Source: Promethearchaeota archaeon (lineage in GTDB: Archaea > Asgardarchaeota > Lokiarchaeia > Sigyniarchaeales > SOKP01). From it: DNA of 64,000 nt. This document shows positions 8,910-18,788 of this stretch, one piece after another. Within the stretch, counting starts at the first letter, position 1. Each line of letters starts with the position of its first letter. Made by a program: the position numbers and the translations under genes. The stretch covers positions 720,785 through 784,784 of the forward strand of contig JBHLNF010000001.1 of the NCBI GenBank assembly GCA_048937405.1, given 5' to 3'. The notes under the pieces were generated by a model, which worked only from the letters and a program-made list of their open reading frames with translations, made no database searches and had not been told where the DNA came from.

Positions 8910-9925
8910 AAGAAGATCAACAAAATTTATTTCCAAAATATAGATCTCGTCAAGTGAGATTAGCACTTCCTTCGAAAGGAAGAATGGAAGTTGAAACTCA
9001 AGAATTTTTAAGAAATTGCGGCTTTAATATACAAAGAAATAATAGACAATATATTGGAACAATAAAAGGACCTATAAATCTTCAATTGGTCTATCAACGA
9101 CAAGTAGATATTGTTAGGGGCATATTGAATGGGTCTTTAGAAATGGGTATTGTCGGTTATGATCTAGTACATGAATATTCATCTTTAGATGAACACGAGT
9201 TAATCATTATGCACAATGCATTAAACTTTGGAAAATGCAGCCTTGAAATAGCAATTCCTGAAGGATGGTCAGAAAAATCAATTGAAGAGATTAAACAGAA
9301 GAAGAAGTCAATTCGAGTTGCGACTAAATTTGCAAAACTCACAGATCAATTTCTCAAATCATTTGATATTAACTATGAGTTAATTCAGGGTAATGGTTCT
9401 CTTGAGGTGTATCCTGAATTAGGGTATAGTGATATTATAGTCGATCTTGTATCAACAGGTCAAACTTTAAAGGATAATCGATTAAAAAGGATTAAAGGTG
9501 GGCAAATAATGACTTCTGAGGCGGTACTTATTGGAAATCGAACAGCTTTAAAAAATGAGACTGTTTTAAAAGTTGCTCGTCAGGTGATTGAGTTTATTGA
9601 AGCTACTTTGAGAGCTCAAAATTTTGTTTCAATTTTTGTAAACATGAGAGGAGAAAGCCCAGAGGATATTGCTAATAATATTTTTTCTAAAGAGGGTCTT
9701 GAAGGGCTTCAAGGGCCTACAATCTCACCCGTCTTTACAAAAAGTAGAGAAAAAATGTATGCCAGTCATGTCATTGTTGAGAAAGAGAAATTACAACAAG
9801 CAATAAGAATTTTAAGAGAAATTGGGGGTAGTGGTGTGGTTGTTGCACCTACACTTTATATTTTTGAAGAAGAACCATTAAGGTATATTAAATTATTAAA
9901 AAATTTGGGGATTTATGATGATTAA
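8906..9925 (+). CDS. hisG: ATP phosphoribosyltransferase, long form
   Basis: RLALPSKGRM, GIVGYD, RVATKF, IIVDLVSTGQTLKDNRL, C-terminal GLQGPTISPV. Confidence 0.95.
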   Translation: MKEDQQNLFPKYRSRQVRLALPSKGRMEVETQEFLRNCGFNIQRNNRQYIGTIKGPINLQLVYQRQVDIVRGILNGSLEMGIVGYDLVHEYSSLDEHELIIMHNALNFGKCSLEIAIPEGWSEKSIEEIKQKKKSIRVATKFAKLTDQFLKSFDINYELIQGNGSLEVYPELGYSDIIVDLVSTGQTLKDNRLKRIKGGQIMTSEAVLIGNRTALKNETVLKVARQVIEFIEATLRAQNFVSIFVNMRGESPEDIANNIFSKEGLEGLQGPTISPVFTKSREKMYASHVIVEKEKLQQAIRILREIGGSGVVVAPTLYIFEEEPLRYIKLLKNLGIYDD

Positions 9926-11249
9926 AACTTATACAGTAGATGAGGCAAGAAAATCAATATTAAAAAGAGAACTTAGTTCTTCAAATGGAAATCTCAGAAG
10001 TGAAGGTGTTACTCCAGAGGAAAGTGTAAAGGCTATTGTAAAAGATGTAAAAGAAAGAAAAGATGCTGCACTTAAAGATTGGACATTAAGGTTTGATAAA
10101 GTAGAAATTGATCAATTTGAATTATTAGATGTTGATTTTGAAAAATATCTGAGCTCTATCAATCCTAAGTTAAGAGAAGCTTTAGAAATAGCATGCGACA
10201 GAATTTATAATTTTCATGAATCTCAACCTATCATCTCTTGGATGAATCACAAACTTGGAGGTCAAATAGGTCAAATAATAAAACCTATTGAAACAATAGG
10301 GATATATATTCCGGGAGGAATAGCTCCTCTGTTTTCCTCAATTTTAATGGCAGCCATACCAGCCATTGTAGCAGGTGTTAAAAATATTATATTCAGTTCT
10401 CCTCCCAATAAGCAAGGTAATTTACCAAACATTATCCTCGCAACTTTTGGGTTAATCAAGAAGTATGATATTAATATGAGAATTTTTAGAATAGGTGGAG
10501 CTCAAGCTATTGCAGCTATGGCATTTGGAACGGAACAAGTTCCCAGAGTAGATAAAATCGTAGGACCTGGAAATATCTATGTAAATTTAGCAAAGAAAGA
10601 AGTTTATGGAATAGTAGGAATTGATGGGATATATGGACCTACTGAAGCATTGGTAATTGCTGATGAAACAGCAAATCCCTCATTAGTTGCTTCAGATCTA
10701 TTAGCACAGGCAGAACATGATATTTTAGCCATTCCAATCTTAGTTACTTCTTCTGAAAATCTAATTTCATCTGTGAAAAAAGAGTTGGAAAGGCAAATTA
10801 TAACTCTGAAAGGAAAAGCTATTATTAAAGAATCTATTCAAAGCAATGGTGGTATTATTTTAACAAATTCAATAGAACAATCGATATTAATTTCAAATGA
10901 ATTTGCACCCGAACATTTATCTCTTATGATTAAAGAGCCTATGAAAGTTTTAGACAAAATAGAAAATGCAGGAGGAATTTTTATTGGAGAAAATTCCTTT
11001 GAAGTTTTAGGTGACTATATTGCAGGACCTAGTCATGTGATGCCGACAAATGGCACAGCTCGTTTTTCATCTGCTTTATCAGTTTATGATTTTATTAAAA
11101 GGATTAGTTATGTTTATTTAAATGAAGAAACATCTTTTAACTTATCTAAACATGCTGAAATAATAGCAAATTCTGAAAATTTAACAGGACATGCAAAAGC
11201 AGCGGCTTTAAGAACAACTCTAAATAAAAATACAAAGGAGGGGAGTTAA
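9915..11249 (+). CDS. hisD: Histidinol dehydrogenase
   Basis: GIYIPGG, GGAQAIAAMAFGT, GPGNIYV, DLLAQAEHD, APEHL, LGDYIAGPSHVMPT. Confidence 0.97.
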   Translation: MMIKTYTVDEARKSILKRELSSSNGNLRSEGVTPEESVKAIVKDVKERKDAALKDWTLRFDKVEIDQFELLDVDFEKYLSSINPKLREALEIACDRIYNFHESQPIISWMNHKLGGQIGQIIKPIETIGIYIPGGIAPLFSSILMAAIPAIVAGVKNIIFSSPPNKQGNLPNIILATFGLIKKYDINMRIFRIGGAQAIAAMAFGTEQVPRVDKIVGPGNIYVNLAKKEVYGIVGIDGIYGPTEALVIADETANPSLVASDLLAQAEHDILAIPILVTSSENLISSVKKELERQIITLKGKAIIKESIQSNGGIILTNSIEQSILISNEFAPEHLSLMIKEPMKVLDKIENAGGIFIGENSFEVLGDYIAGPSHVMPTNGTARFSSALSVYDFIKRISYVYLNEETSFNLSKHAEIIANSENLTGHAKAAALRTTLNKNTKEGS

Positions 11250-12383
11250 TTGGATAAAAAAAATTATATTATTAAACCATCGAAAATCATTCGGAAGTTC
11301 TTAGATTCACAGAATTATGATTCACTTTCATATTTAGATAAATCAAGTCAGGAAAATGAGATGATTTTTTTAGATAAAAATGAAAGTCCTTTTGTACCGC
11401 CTTTAGGGGATTTAGTTAATTTAAAGTCATTAAATATCTTAAAAAATTATCCAGATTTGAATGCTAATACATTTTTGGATAAACTATCAAAGGATCTTAA
11501 AATTCCTATTTCATATTTTTTAGCAGGAACAGGCTCTAATGAAATAATAGGTCTGATCATTAAGATCTATGCCACTCCTAAAACTAAAATTTTAAGCATT
11601 AATCCAACCTTTTCAATGTATCAATTCTTTGCTAATATAAATGGTGCAAAATATGAATCGTTTCCCTTAAGATTATTAATAAATAAAGCAACGGGAATTG
11701 CGGAATATGATTTAGATCAATCTGGTTTTATGAAAAGGGCTAAATCATCAAATATTATAATCTTAGCGCGACCAAATAATCCAGATGGGATTATAATCTC
11801 TCTTGATTTTATTAAACAACTTCTAAAATTGAAAAAGTTAGTAATTATTGATGAAGCTTATATTGATTTCAGTGATGGTCCGAGTTTAATAGATTTCATC
11901 AAGTCTTATGATAATTTAATTATTTCTCGGTCATTTAGTAAGTCTTACTCTCTTGCAGGATTAAGATTAGGGTATACAATATCAGATCCTTCTATTAATG
12001 AGATATTAATTCGTATAAAAAGCCCCTTCAATGTGAATAATCTAGCTTTGCAGTATGGTTTATTATTACTAGATAAGAAGGATGAGATTTCAGCAAATAT
12101 TAATAAAATTAAATCAATTCGACAAGAATTTTTTAAGGATCTTCTTAGTTTAAGAGAAAAAAATAAAACTTTTTATATACATCCTAGTCAAACGAATTTT
12201 ATTTTATTAAGATTTGAATCTTCTAAAATATCAGATTCAGTTTATCAATACTTATTAAAAAATAAAATTAAAGTAAGAAATTATGGAGAAGAACTTTCAA
12301 ATTGTTTAAGATTTTCAATAGGTACAAGATTACAAATGAAAAAGGTAATAGAAATATTGAAATCATATTTTGAGGAGAATTAA
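11250..12383 (+). CDS. hisC: Histidinol-phosphate aminotransferase
   Basis: LDKNESP, GSNE, PNNPDG, IDEAY, RSFSKSYSLAGLRLGY. TTG start with a GGAGG SD. Confidence 0.92.
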   Translation: MDKKNYIIKPSKIIRKFLDSQNYDSLSYLDKSSQENEMIFLDKNESPFVPPLGDLVNLKSLNILKNYPDLNANTFLDKLSKDLKIPISYFLAGTGSNEIIGLIIKIYATPKTKILSINPTFSMYQFFANINGAKYESFPLRLLINKATGIAEYDLDQSGFMKRAKSSNIIILARPNNPDGIIISLDFIKQLLKLKKLVIIDEAYIDFSDGPSLIDFIKSYDNLIISRSFSKSYSLAGLRLGYTISDPSINEILIRIKSPFNVNNLALQYGLLLLDKKDEISANINKIKSIRQEFFKDLLSLREKNKTFYIHPSQTNFILLRFESSKISDSVYQYLLKNKIKVRNYGEELSNCLRFSIGTRLQMKKVIEILKSYFEEN

Positions 12384-12384
12384 T

Positions 12385-12990
12385 ATGGAAAGAAAAGCAA
12401 AATTAGAAAGAAAAACAAAAGAGACCAGTATTGAAATCGAAATGAATATTGATGGAAGTGGAGATACTAAGATTAATACCTCCATTGGTTTTTTTGATCA
12501 TCTTCTTACCCAGATTGCTGTTCATGGATCATTTGATATGAAAATTCTTGCAGAGGGTGATCTTAATGTTGATAATCATCATTTAATTGAGGATACTTCT
12601 ATTGTTTTAGGTAAAGTTTTCAACAAGGCTTTGGGAAATAAAATTGGCATTACACGAGTTGGACATTGCTTTTTTCCCATGGATGAGAGCCTTGCGTTTG
12701 TTGCTATAGATATTTCTTCAAGACCATTTTTTAAAAAAGAAATTAATTGGACAAATCCATTTTTAGGATCTAAGGAGGATAATTTAATCCCAGTCGATTT
12801 AATAGAGCATTTTTTATATACATTTTCAATTAATGCCCAAATAACACTTCATGTTAGAGTCCTCTATGGTCAAAATAACCATCATATTGCTGAAGCGATA
12901 TTTAAAGCTCTGGGCAAAGCATTGGATTATAGCTCTAGAATTGATTCAAAGGGGAATCGAAAACTTCCTTCAAGTAAAGGAATATTATAA
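12385..12990 (+). CDS. hisB: Imidazoleglycerol-phosphate dehydratase (monofunctional)
   Basis: RKTKET, FFDHLL, DNHHLIED, PMDESL, NNHHIAEAIFKA, PSSKG. Start placed at ATG 12385, after a GAGGAG SD. Confidence 0.95.
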   Translation: MERKAKLERKTKETSIEIEMNIDGSGDTKINTSIGFFDHLLTQIAVHGSFDMKILAEGDLNVDNHHLIEDTSIVLGKVFNKALGNKIGITRVGHCFFPMDESLAFVAIDISSRPFFKKEINWTNPFLGSKEDNLIPVDLIEHFLYTFSINAQITLHVRVLYGQNNHHIAEAIFKALGKALDYSSRIDSKGNRKLPSSKGIL

Positions 12991-13003
12991 GTTGGTTTTT
13001 AAC

Positions 13004-13597
13004 ATGATTACTATAATAGATTATGGAAGTGGCAATCTTCGGTCGATTCAAAAAAGTGTCCAAAGATTTTATCCGAAGGTAATTATTTCAAGAGATCTTG
13101 CTTTAATAGAGAAATCTAAAGGTTTAATTCTTCCTGGAGTAGGCGCATTTGGTGATGCTGTTAAAGAACTCGAACAATATGGGTTATTCTACCCATTAAA
13201 AGATATTATTGAAACAGTTCCAACAATGGGAATTTGCTTAGGCATGCAGCTATTATTTTCAAATTCTGAAGAATCTCCAGATGTTAACGGATTAGATATC
13301 ATCCCCGGAAAGGTGACTAAATTAGACTCATATCAATCAATCAGAATCCCTCATACTGGATGGAATAGACTAATTCCATCATCGAAACCATATTTTTATG
13401 GCTATGTATACTTTAATCATTCATATTATTGTGACCCTGATGATAAAAATTATATAATCTCTTATGTAAATCATGGGATTTCAATTCCAGTTATAATCTT
13501 AAAGGATCACATAATTGCTGCTCAATTTCATCCTGAGAAAAGTCAAAATGCTGGTGATAGAATTATCAATTATTTCATTTCCTTAATAAAGAGGTGA
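13004..13597 (+). CDS. hisH: Imidazole glycerol phosphate synthase, glutaminase subunit
   Basis: IIDYGSGNLRS, LPGVGAF, GICLGMQ, QFHPEKS. Start placed at ATG 13004. Confidence 0.95.
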   Translation: MITIIDYGSGNLRSIQKSVQRFYPKVIISRDLALIEKSKGLILPGVGAFGDAVKELEQYGLFYPLKDIIETVPTMGICLGMQLLFSNSEESPDVNGLDIIPGKVTKLDSYQSIRIPHTGWNRLIPSSKPYFYGYVYFNHSYYCDPDDKNYIISYVNHGISIPVIILKDHIIAAQFHPEKSQNAGDRIINYFISLIKR

Positions 13598-13604
13598 CTA
13601 TATT

Positions 13605-15107
13605 ATGAAAAAAATAATACCAGCTATGGATCTTTTAGATGGTAACGTGGTTAGGTTATATAAAGGGGATTTTGATAGAATTGATAATTATTATAAAAGA
13701 CCTGTTGAACTTCTTAAGCAATTTTTTAATCAAGGGATTGAGCAAATACACGTTATAAATCTAAATGGAGCAAAATCAGGTGAATTTGAGAATGGACCTA
13801 ATTATGATGTTATTCGATCTTTAATTCAAGAAAGTAAAAAATGGGGTTCTAAAATTCAATTAGGAGGGGGTATTAGAACAGAAAGAACTATTAGAGAATT
13901 ACTTGATCTAGGACTTTATAAGGTTATTATAGGTACTATTACTATTGAAAATCCAACTCTTTTTAGACATTTAATGAAAAAATACAAAGATGATATAATA
14001 GTTGCACTGGATGTTCTTAATGGTAATTTGAGAATAAAGGGTTGGCTCGAAGATTCTAATATCAATTTAGAATCTCATTTTAAAACTTTGGAAGAACAAG
14101 GAGTTTCAAACTTTATAATAACTGATGTTTCACGAGACGGAACGTTAGGAGGTCCTAATTTTCAGATCTACAAGAAAATCTCAAATCTCAGATATCCTGA
14201 CACTAGAATAATCGCTTCTGGAGGTATAAGTAATTTAAATGATATTAACCAAGTTCTAAATTATGCAGATGGTGTAATTATCGGAAAAGCTTATTATAGC
14301 AATAAAATAAGCAATAAAAATCTAAGAGATTTAACAAAGAAGTATGACCCCACTAATTTAGCAAAAAGAATAGTGCCATGCCTTGATATTAAAGATGGAA
14401 GAGTAGTAAAGGGTGTTCAATATATCAACTTACGAGATAGTGGAGATCCTGTAGAACTATCTAGATTCTATAATACAGAAGGCGCGGATGAATTAGTATT
14501 CCTAGACATTTCTGCAACTTTAGAAAAACGATCAATATTGTTTCAAACTTTAAGAAAAGTTTCTGAACAGGTATATATTCCTTTTACAGTAGGAGGTGGT
14601 ATTAGAAATTTGAATGATATAACAAATATCATTAATGCAGGGGCAGAAAAAGTAAGTATTAACACTGCTGCTGTAGATAATCCCAAAGTTATCACTGAAG
14701 GTGCTCAAAAGTTTGGAAGTCAGTCTATTGTGTGTGCAATTGATGTAAAAAAAAAAGGAGATGCTTGGGAAGTATATATAAAGGCGGGTACTGAATCAAC
14801 AGGATTAGATGCAATAGAATGGGCAAAAGAAGTTGTTGAAAGGGGAGCAGGGGAACTACTTGTTACTAGTATGGATCGAGATGGTACTCAAATAGGCTAC
14901 GACTTTAAATTAATTCAAAGTCTCACTAATGTGATATCTGTACCATTAATTGCTTCAGGTGGAGCAGGTAATTATGAACATTTTTATCAAGCTATTAAAG
15001 CTGGGGCAGAGGCGGTCTTAGCAGCATCTTTATTCCATACAAAGACAATAAAAATTAAGGATTTAAAATCTTATCTTCATAAGAGAGATATAAAAGTTAG
15101 ATTTTAG
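13605..15107 (+). CDS. hisA/hisF: HisA-HisF fusion protein
   Basis: N-terminal half: [43 protein letters not shown]-terminal half from ~14358: [37 protein letters not shown]. Confidence 0.95.
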   Translation: MKKIIPAMDLLDGNVVRLYKGDFDRIDNYYKRPVELLKQFFNQGIEQIHVINLNGAKSGEFENGPNYDVIRSLIQESKKWGSKIQLGGGIRTERTIRELLDLGLYKVIIGTITIENPTLFRHLMKKYKDDIIVALDVLNGNLRIKGWLEDSNINLESHFKTLEEQGVSNFIITDVSRDGTLGGPNFQIYKKISNLRYPDTRIIASGGISNLNDINQVLNYADGVIIGKAYYSNKISNKNLRDLTKKYDPTNLAKRIVPCLDIKDGRVVKGVQYINLRDSGDPVELSRFYNTEGADELVFLDISATLEKRSILFQTLRKVSEQVYIPFTVGGGIRNLNDITNIINAGAEKVSINTAAVDNPKVITEGAQKFGSQSIVCAIDVKKKGDAWEVYIKAGTESTGLDAIEWAKEVVERGAGELLVTSMDRDGTQIGYDFKLIQSLTNVISVPLIASGGAGNYEHFYQAIKAGAEAVLAASLFHTKTIKIKDLKSYLHKRDIKVRF

Positions 15108-15289
15108 TAAATCTCATACATAGCAGAGTTTTAAATAAATTCTAACTGAAATATAATTTTCTAGTTTTATTTAATAAAAAATCCTAAATTCTAACATTAT
15201 CTCGTATTAGACAAAAAAAATAAAAAAAGAAATTCTTTTTTATATATCTAACATATAGTTGCTATTATATGAGTTTAACTTTAAATAAA

Positions 15290-15943
15290 TTAAAACTTAT
15301 AACCACATTTCTTACATACGTTCACTTTTGCATAGAGAGGACTGTGACCAACGTAACTTAGAACCTTACTTTTATCTTCTTCAACTTTTAGATCCTTTCC
15401 TCTCGCACCACAACTTGGACAAACCAATCGTTCTTCACTTGAATAATCAACTGGTGGTACTGGCTGTAGAACAGATAATTCGGTTTCTACTTTTTCTAAT
15501 CTACTTTTTTGTTCATTAAGTGCATTTTCTTTTTCTGTTAAAGTATCTGTTAATTCCTTAATCTTGGATTCCTTTTCAGCAAGACTTTTATTTAACTCTT
15601 CATTGTTTTTGGTTAATTCTGCAACTTTAGGTTTGGATTCATCCATTTCAGTTTTTAATTTATTGATTTCTTCATCTTTTAAAGTAATTGTTTTCTTTAA
15701 ATCATATACTTCACTATTTAATTGTTCTAGGTTTGCTGATTTACTTTCTAAATCTGTAAGTTTTCCTCGAAATTCCTCTAATTCAGAATTCAAATTCTCT
15801 TTTGCTTTTGCTAAGTTTGCATATTCTTCATCTTTTTTTTCCAATATCTCTTTTAATTCTCTGATCTCTTTTTCATATGAATCTACCTTATTTTGTAAAG
15901 CCTTTACAACTTTATCATCTAGATTCGCTGTGAGATCTTCCAT
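15290..15943 (-). CDS. Coiled-coil protein with a C-terminal Zn ribbon
   Basis: Long heptad region followed by CPSCG...EDKSKVLSY...YAK...CKKCG. The start may be a non-canonical ATT at 15958. Confidence 0.8.
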   Translation of the reverse strand: MEDLTANLDDKVVKALQNKVDSYEKEIRELKEILEKKDEEYANLAKAKENLNSELEEFRGKLTDLESKSANLEQLNSEVYDLKKTITLKDEEINKLKTEMDESKPKVAELTKNNEELNKSLAEKESKIKELTDTLTEKENALNEQKSRLEKVETELSVLQPVPPVDYSSEERLVCPSCGARGKDLKVEEDKSKVLSYVGHSPLYAKVNVCKKCGYKF

Positions 15944-16302
15944 ATCATCTTGAGAAATAAATATTACACCTCTTTCCTTTCTCGTATTATTAAATTAATT
16001 AAATATAAATTCAGAAGTTAGTTAGTTTAAATTCTTTGACAATATATAACGAATTTTTACATCTACTTTATAATAGAAATTATATTTAAGCTTTTTTTTT
16101 ACGAACTTTTTTAACCTAAAAATAGGTGTCCAAAAATAAAGAACAAAATTTTAATAAATATTACATATTGAGAATTGTAAATAGAACTATTGAAAGAAGT
16201 TTGATTCCAATAGAGGCAAAAACTTTAAAGACTCAAAAAAAAAAAATAAAATTATATAATTAAATAGAGATTCGATTATAAACATAAAAAATATTTATAA
16301 TT

Positions 16303-17409
16303 ATGCTAGACGACTTATTTATAATTACCGACACAGGACAATTAATCTTTAGTTGGCACTGGGAGGAAAGTGATAGTGTTAAAGATGATGATCTTATTAG
16401 CGGTTTTCTTACCGCTCTAGATAGTTTTGCTAGTATAGAAAGAGGAGAAGATATAAAATCCTTACAATTAAAAGAAACTCATATAATTTTTGAGAAAAGT
16501 TCTAATCAAGTTCAGAAACTTACCTTTGTTGTCACTACTAAGAATGAAGAATTGATAGAATTATTACACTCAATTGTTCATGATATTATGGATACTTTTA
16601 CTACGACTTTTAAAGAACACCTGAATAGAGAATTTGATGGTGAAATTTCTAAATATAAAATATTTCATGATATCTTAAAAAATATTATTCATTCAAGGGG
16701 ACTAGATACTTTAAACGATTCTGTTAGGCAAATTAATGATGGAGGTGCACTTAAATCGATTGTATTCCTTGAACCAAAAGGAGGAAATATTTTTTTTATT
16801 CATGCAAGGCAATTTGTAAATAAAGATAAATTGAGTTTTCTTATCCCTTTAATTGTCAATTCTGCCCAATTATTATACAAAAATAATCTTGGAGAGAATG
16901 TACATTGGATATTATTAACGACTATTAGAAATGAAAATATCCTTGTAGAAATCAGAAGCAAAATTATTATAGTAAAACAATACCAATTGCCAGAAAACAT
17001 TGAAAAAGATTTCTTAGAATTAGAATTTTTTAAAAGTAAAGAAAAGTATGTTAAGAAACCAAAGAAAGTTATCGAAAAATTTGAAAATTTAATATGGGAT
17101 CCCAGAATTAAACAAATCTTTCTTGTTGATTTAGTTGGTAAAATTCTTTACTCTAAAATAATTGATGATAAATATGATTGTACGGAATATATTCCAGAAA
17201 CAATTAGTGTGCTTACTTCCTCAAAAAAAATAAGTGAAGAGACATATAATCGGATTTTATTCAATACATCTCTCGGTGGAGAGAATATAACTACTATCTG
17301 TATGAATTTTAATAATATAGCTTTAACTATGATAGGTAACATTAGAGATATAAATACATTTCAAACAATACAAGATATCTGCTATAAAATATTTCTTCAA
17401 GTTAAGTAG
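16303..17409 (+). CDS. Longin-domain protein with two further longin/roadblock-like modules
   Basis: N-terminal LFIITDTGQLIFS...DDLISGFLTALDSFA (typical Asgard longin). Similar beta-hairpin starts recur later (SIVFLEPKGGNIFF; QIFLVDLVGKILYS). Confidence 0.65.
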   Translation: MLDDLFIITDTGQLIFSWHWEESDSVKDDDLISGFLTALDSFASIERGEDIKSLQLKETHIIFEKSSNQVQKLTFVVTTKNEELIELLHSIVHDIMDTFTTTFKEHLNREFDGEISKYKIFHDILKNIIHSRGLDTLNDSVRQINDGGALKSIVFLEPKGGNIFFIHARQFVNKDKLSFLIPLIVNSAQLLYKNNLGENVHWILLTTIRNENILVEIRSKIIIVKQYQLPENIEKDFLELEFFKSKEKYVKKPKKVIEKFENLIWDPRIKQIFLVDLVGKILYSKIIDDKYDCTEYIPETISVLTSSKKISEETYNRILFNTSLGGENITTICMNFNNIALTMIGNIRDINTFQTIQDICYKIFLQVK

Positions 17410-17527
17410 TTTAACTTTACAATTTAAGCATTAGTTTTAAATACAATAATATTATAAAGGAAATTATTCTAAAATCTTAATTCACAAATCAAAAATAATA
17501 ATCTCAAAAAATTAAGGGGATCTTAAG

Positions 17528-18613
17528 ATGATATTACAAATGACATATGGTCAGATGATCTTTCTAAATCATTTTATGTTGTATCTTTCGACAATTGGTT
17601 TTGGATTAGCTTTAACTAATTGTTTTATTGGACTTTCACATATAAGGAATTTAAAAGAACTAACCTTGTTAGAAGTAAAAGCACATAAAAGGTTTGGATG
17701 GACTGCAGCATTAATTTTTTATTTATTGACAATACTTTGTATTTACTTTGCGGTAATACCGAGGTTAAATCCAAGTGATTTTGAAGAATTTTTTATTAAT
17801 ACTATATTTTGGCATACTTTTTTAGGTGGAATTATAGCATTCGTATTGTTTACAATCAAGTTTATTATTGCTAGATTCAAAAAAGATTTTATATATGATT
17901 ATGGAAAGATTATCGGTCCAATTGGATTTACTGGATGGGCATTAAGTTATTTTACTAGTAATATTGATTTCTATTTTTATGTAAATCCAACAGTTGGACT
18001 TGAAAATCCGTATATAATGCCAAATTATTTAGTATCAATAATTATTTCAATTTTGATTGGTTTATGTCTTTTGATCTTAGTGAAAGCATTTAAATATAAA
18101 ACTTATGGAGAACCCACACAAAGGACAAGCCTTCATGGTGTTGCTATGATTTTACACGGAATAACATTTGGTTATGAAGGAAGTGCAAAAGAACTTGTTG
18201 GAACTCCTGTTTTATATAAATACGTTTTTCCTAAAACTTATGAATTTTTAGAAAGATATTCTAAACAAATTGGACTTGATCTTAACGAATTAAGAAATTA
18301 TAATCTAAATGAAGCATTAGAAATTGCAATGAACAAATTTTCTGAAATTGGTATGGCTGAAAATCTTAAATTAGAGTGGATCTCTGAAAATGAATTTACA
18401 GTGGAATCTATTAATTGTTCCACAGCAATAGTTAGGTCTTATATGAACCCGGAGGAATTAACTAATTCAATTTGTCCTTGGGGAATATTAACAGCAACAA
18501 TTGTAAATGCCTTGACTGGAAAAGATATAGAAATCAGTCCTAGTGAATTCAATAAAATTGGAGCTAAAAGTAAATTAAAAATAATTGGAGATAAAAGAAT
18601 ATCTCAAATTTAA
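17528..18613 (+). CDS. Multi-pass membrane protein with a C-terminal V4R-like domain
   Basis: About 5 TM helices with His residues (AHKRFG, WHTFLGG). C-terminal FTVESINC...ICPWG...ALTGKDIEI. Confidence 0.6.
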   Translation: MILQMTYGQMIFLNHFMLYLSTIGFGLALTNCFIGLSHIRNLKELTLLEVKAHKRFGWTAALIFYLLTILCIYFAVIPRLNPSDFEEFFINTIFWHTFLGGIIAFVLFTIKFIIARFKKDFIYDYGKIIGPIGFTGWALSYFTSNIDFYFYVNPTVGLENPYIMPNYLVSIIISILIGLCLLILVKAFKYKTYGEPTQRTSLHGVAMILHGITFGYEGSAKELVGTPVLYKYVFPKTYEFLERYSKQIGLDLNELRNYNLNEALEIAMNKFSEIGMAENLKLEWISENEFTVESINCSTAIVRSYMNPEELTNSICPWGILTATIVNALTGKDIEISPSEFNKIGAKSKLKIIGDKRISQI

Positions 18614-18788
18614 AGAGTTTTACCTCTTTTATATTTATATAGTAAAAGATATAAAAAATATGTATTATAGTACCTTTTTGGGATTTTAAGAAAATGAGAT
18701 GTGAAGAACTTCAAAGAGAAAAATTACTTAATCTACTCATTGAAGAATCTATTCAGTATATTTTTATTAATAAAAGAGAAGATAATAA

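Noticed and set aside
12851-13003. ORF-track N-terminal extension of hisH (similarly for hisB, argB, argD and the Ltp3/Ltp4-like genes)
   Set aside because: The extensions overlap upstream genes. SD positions and/or family N-termini support the downstream ATGs.
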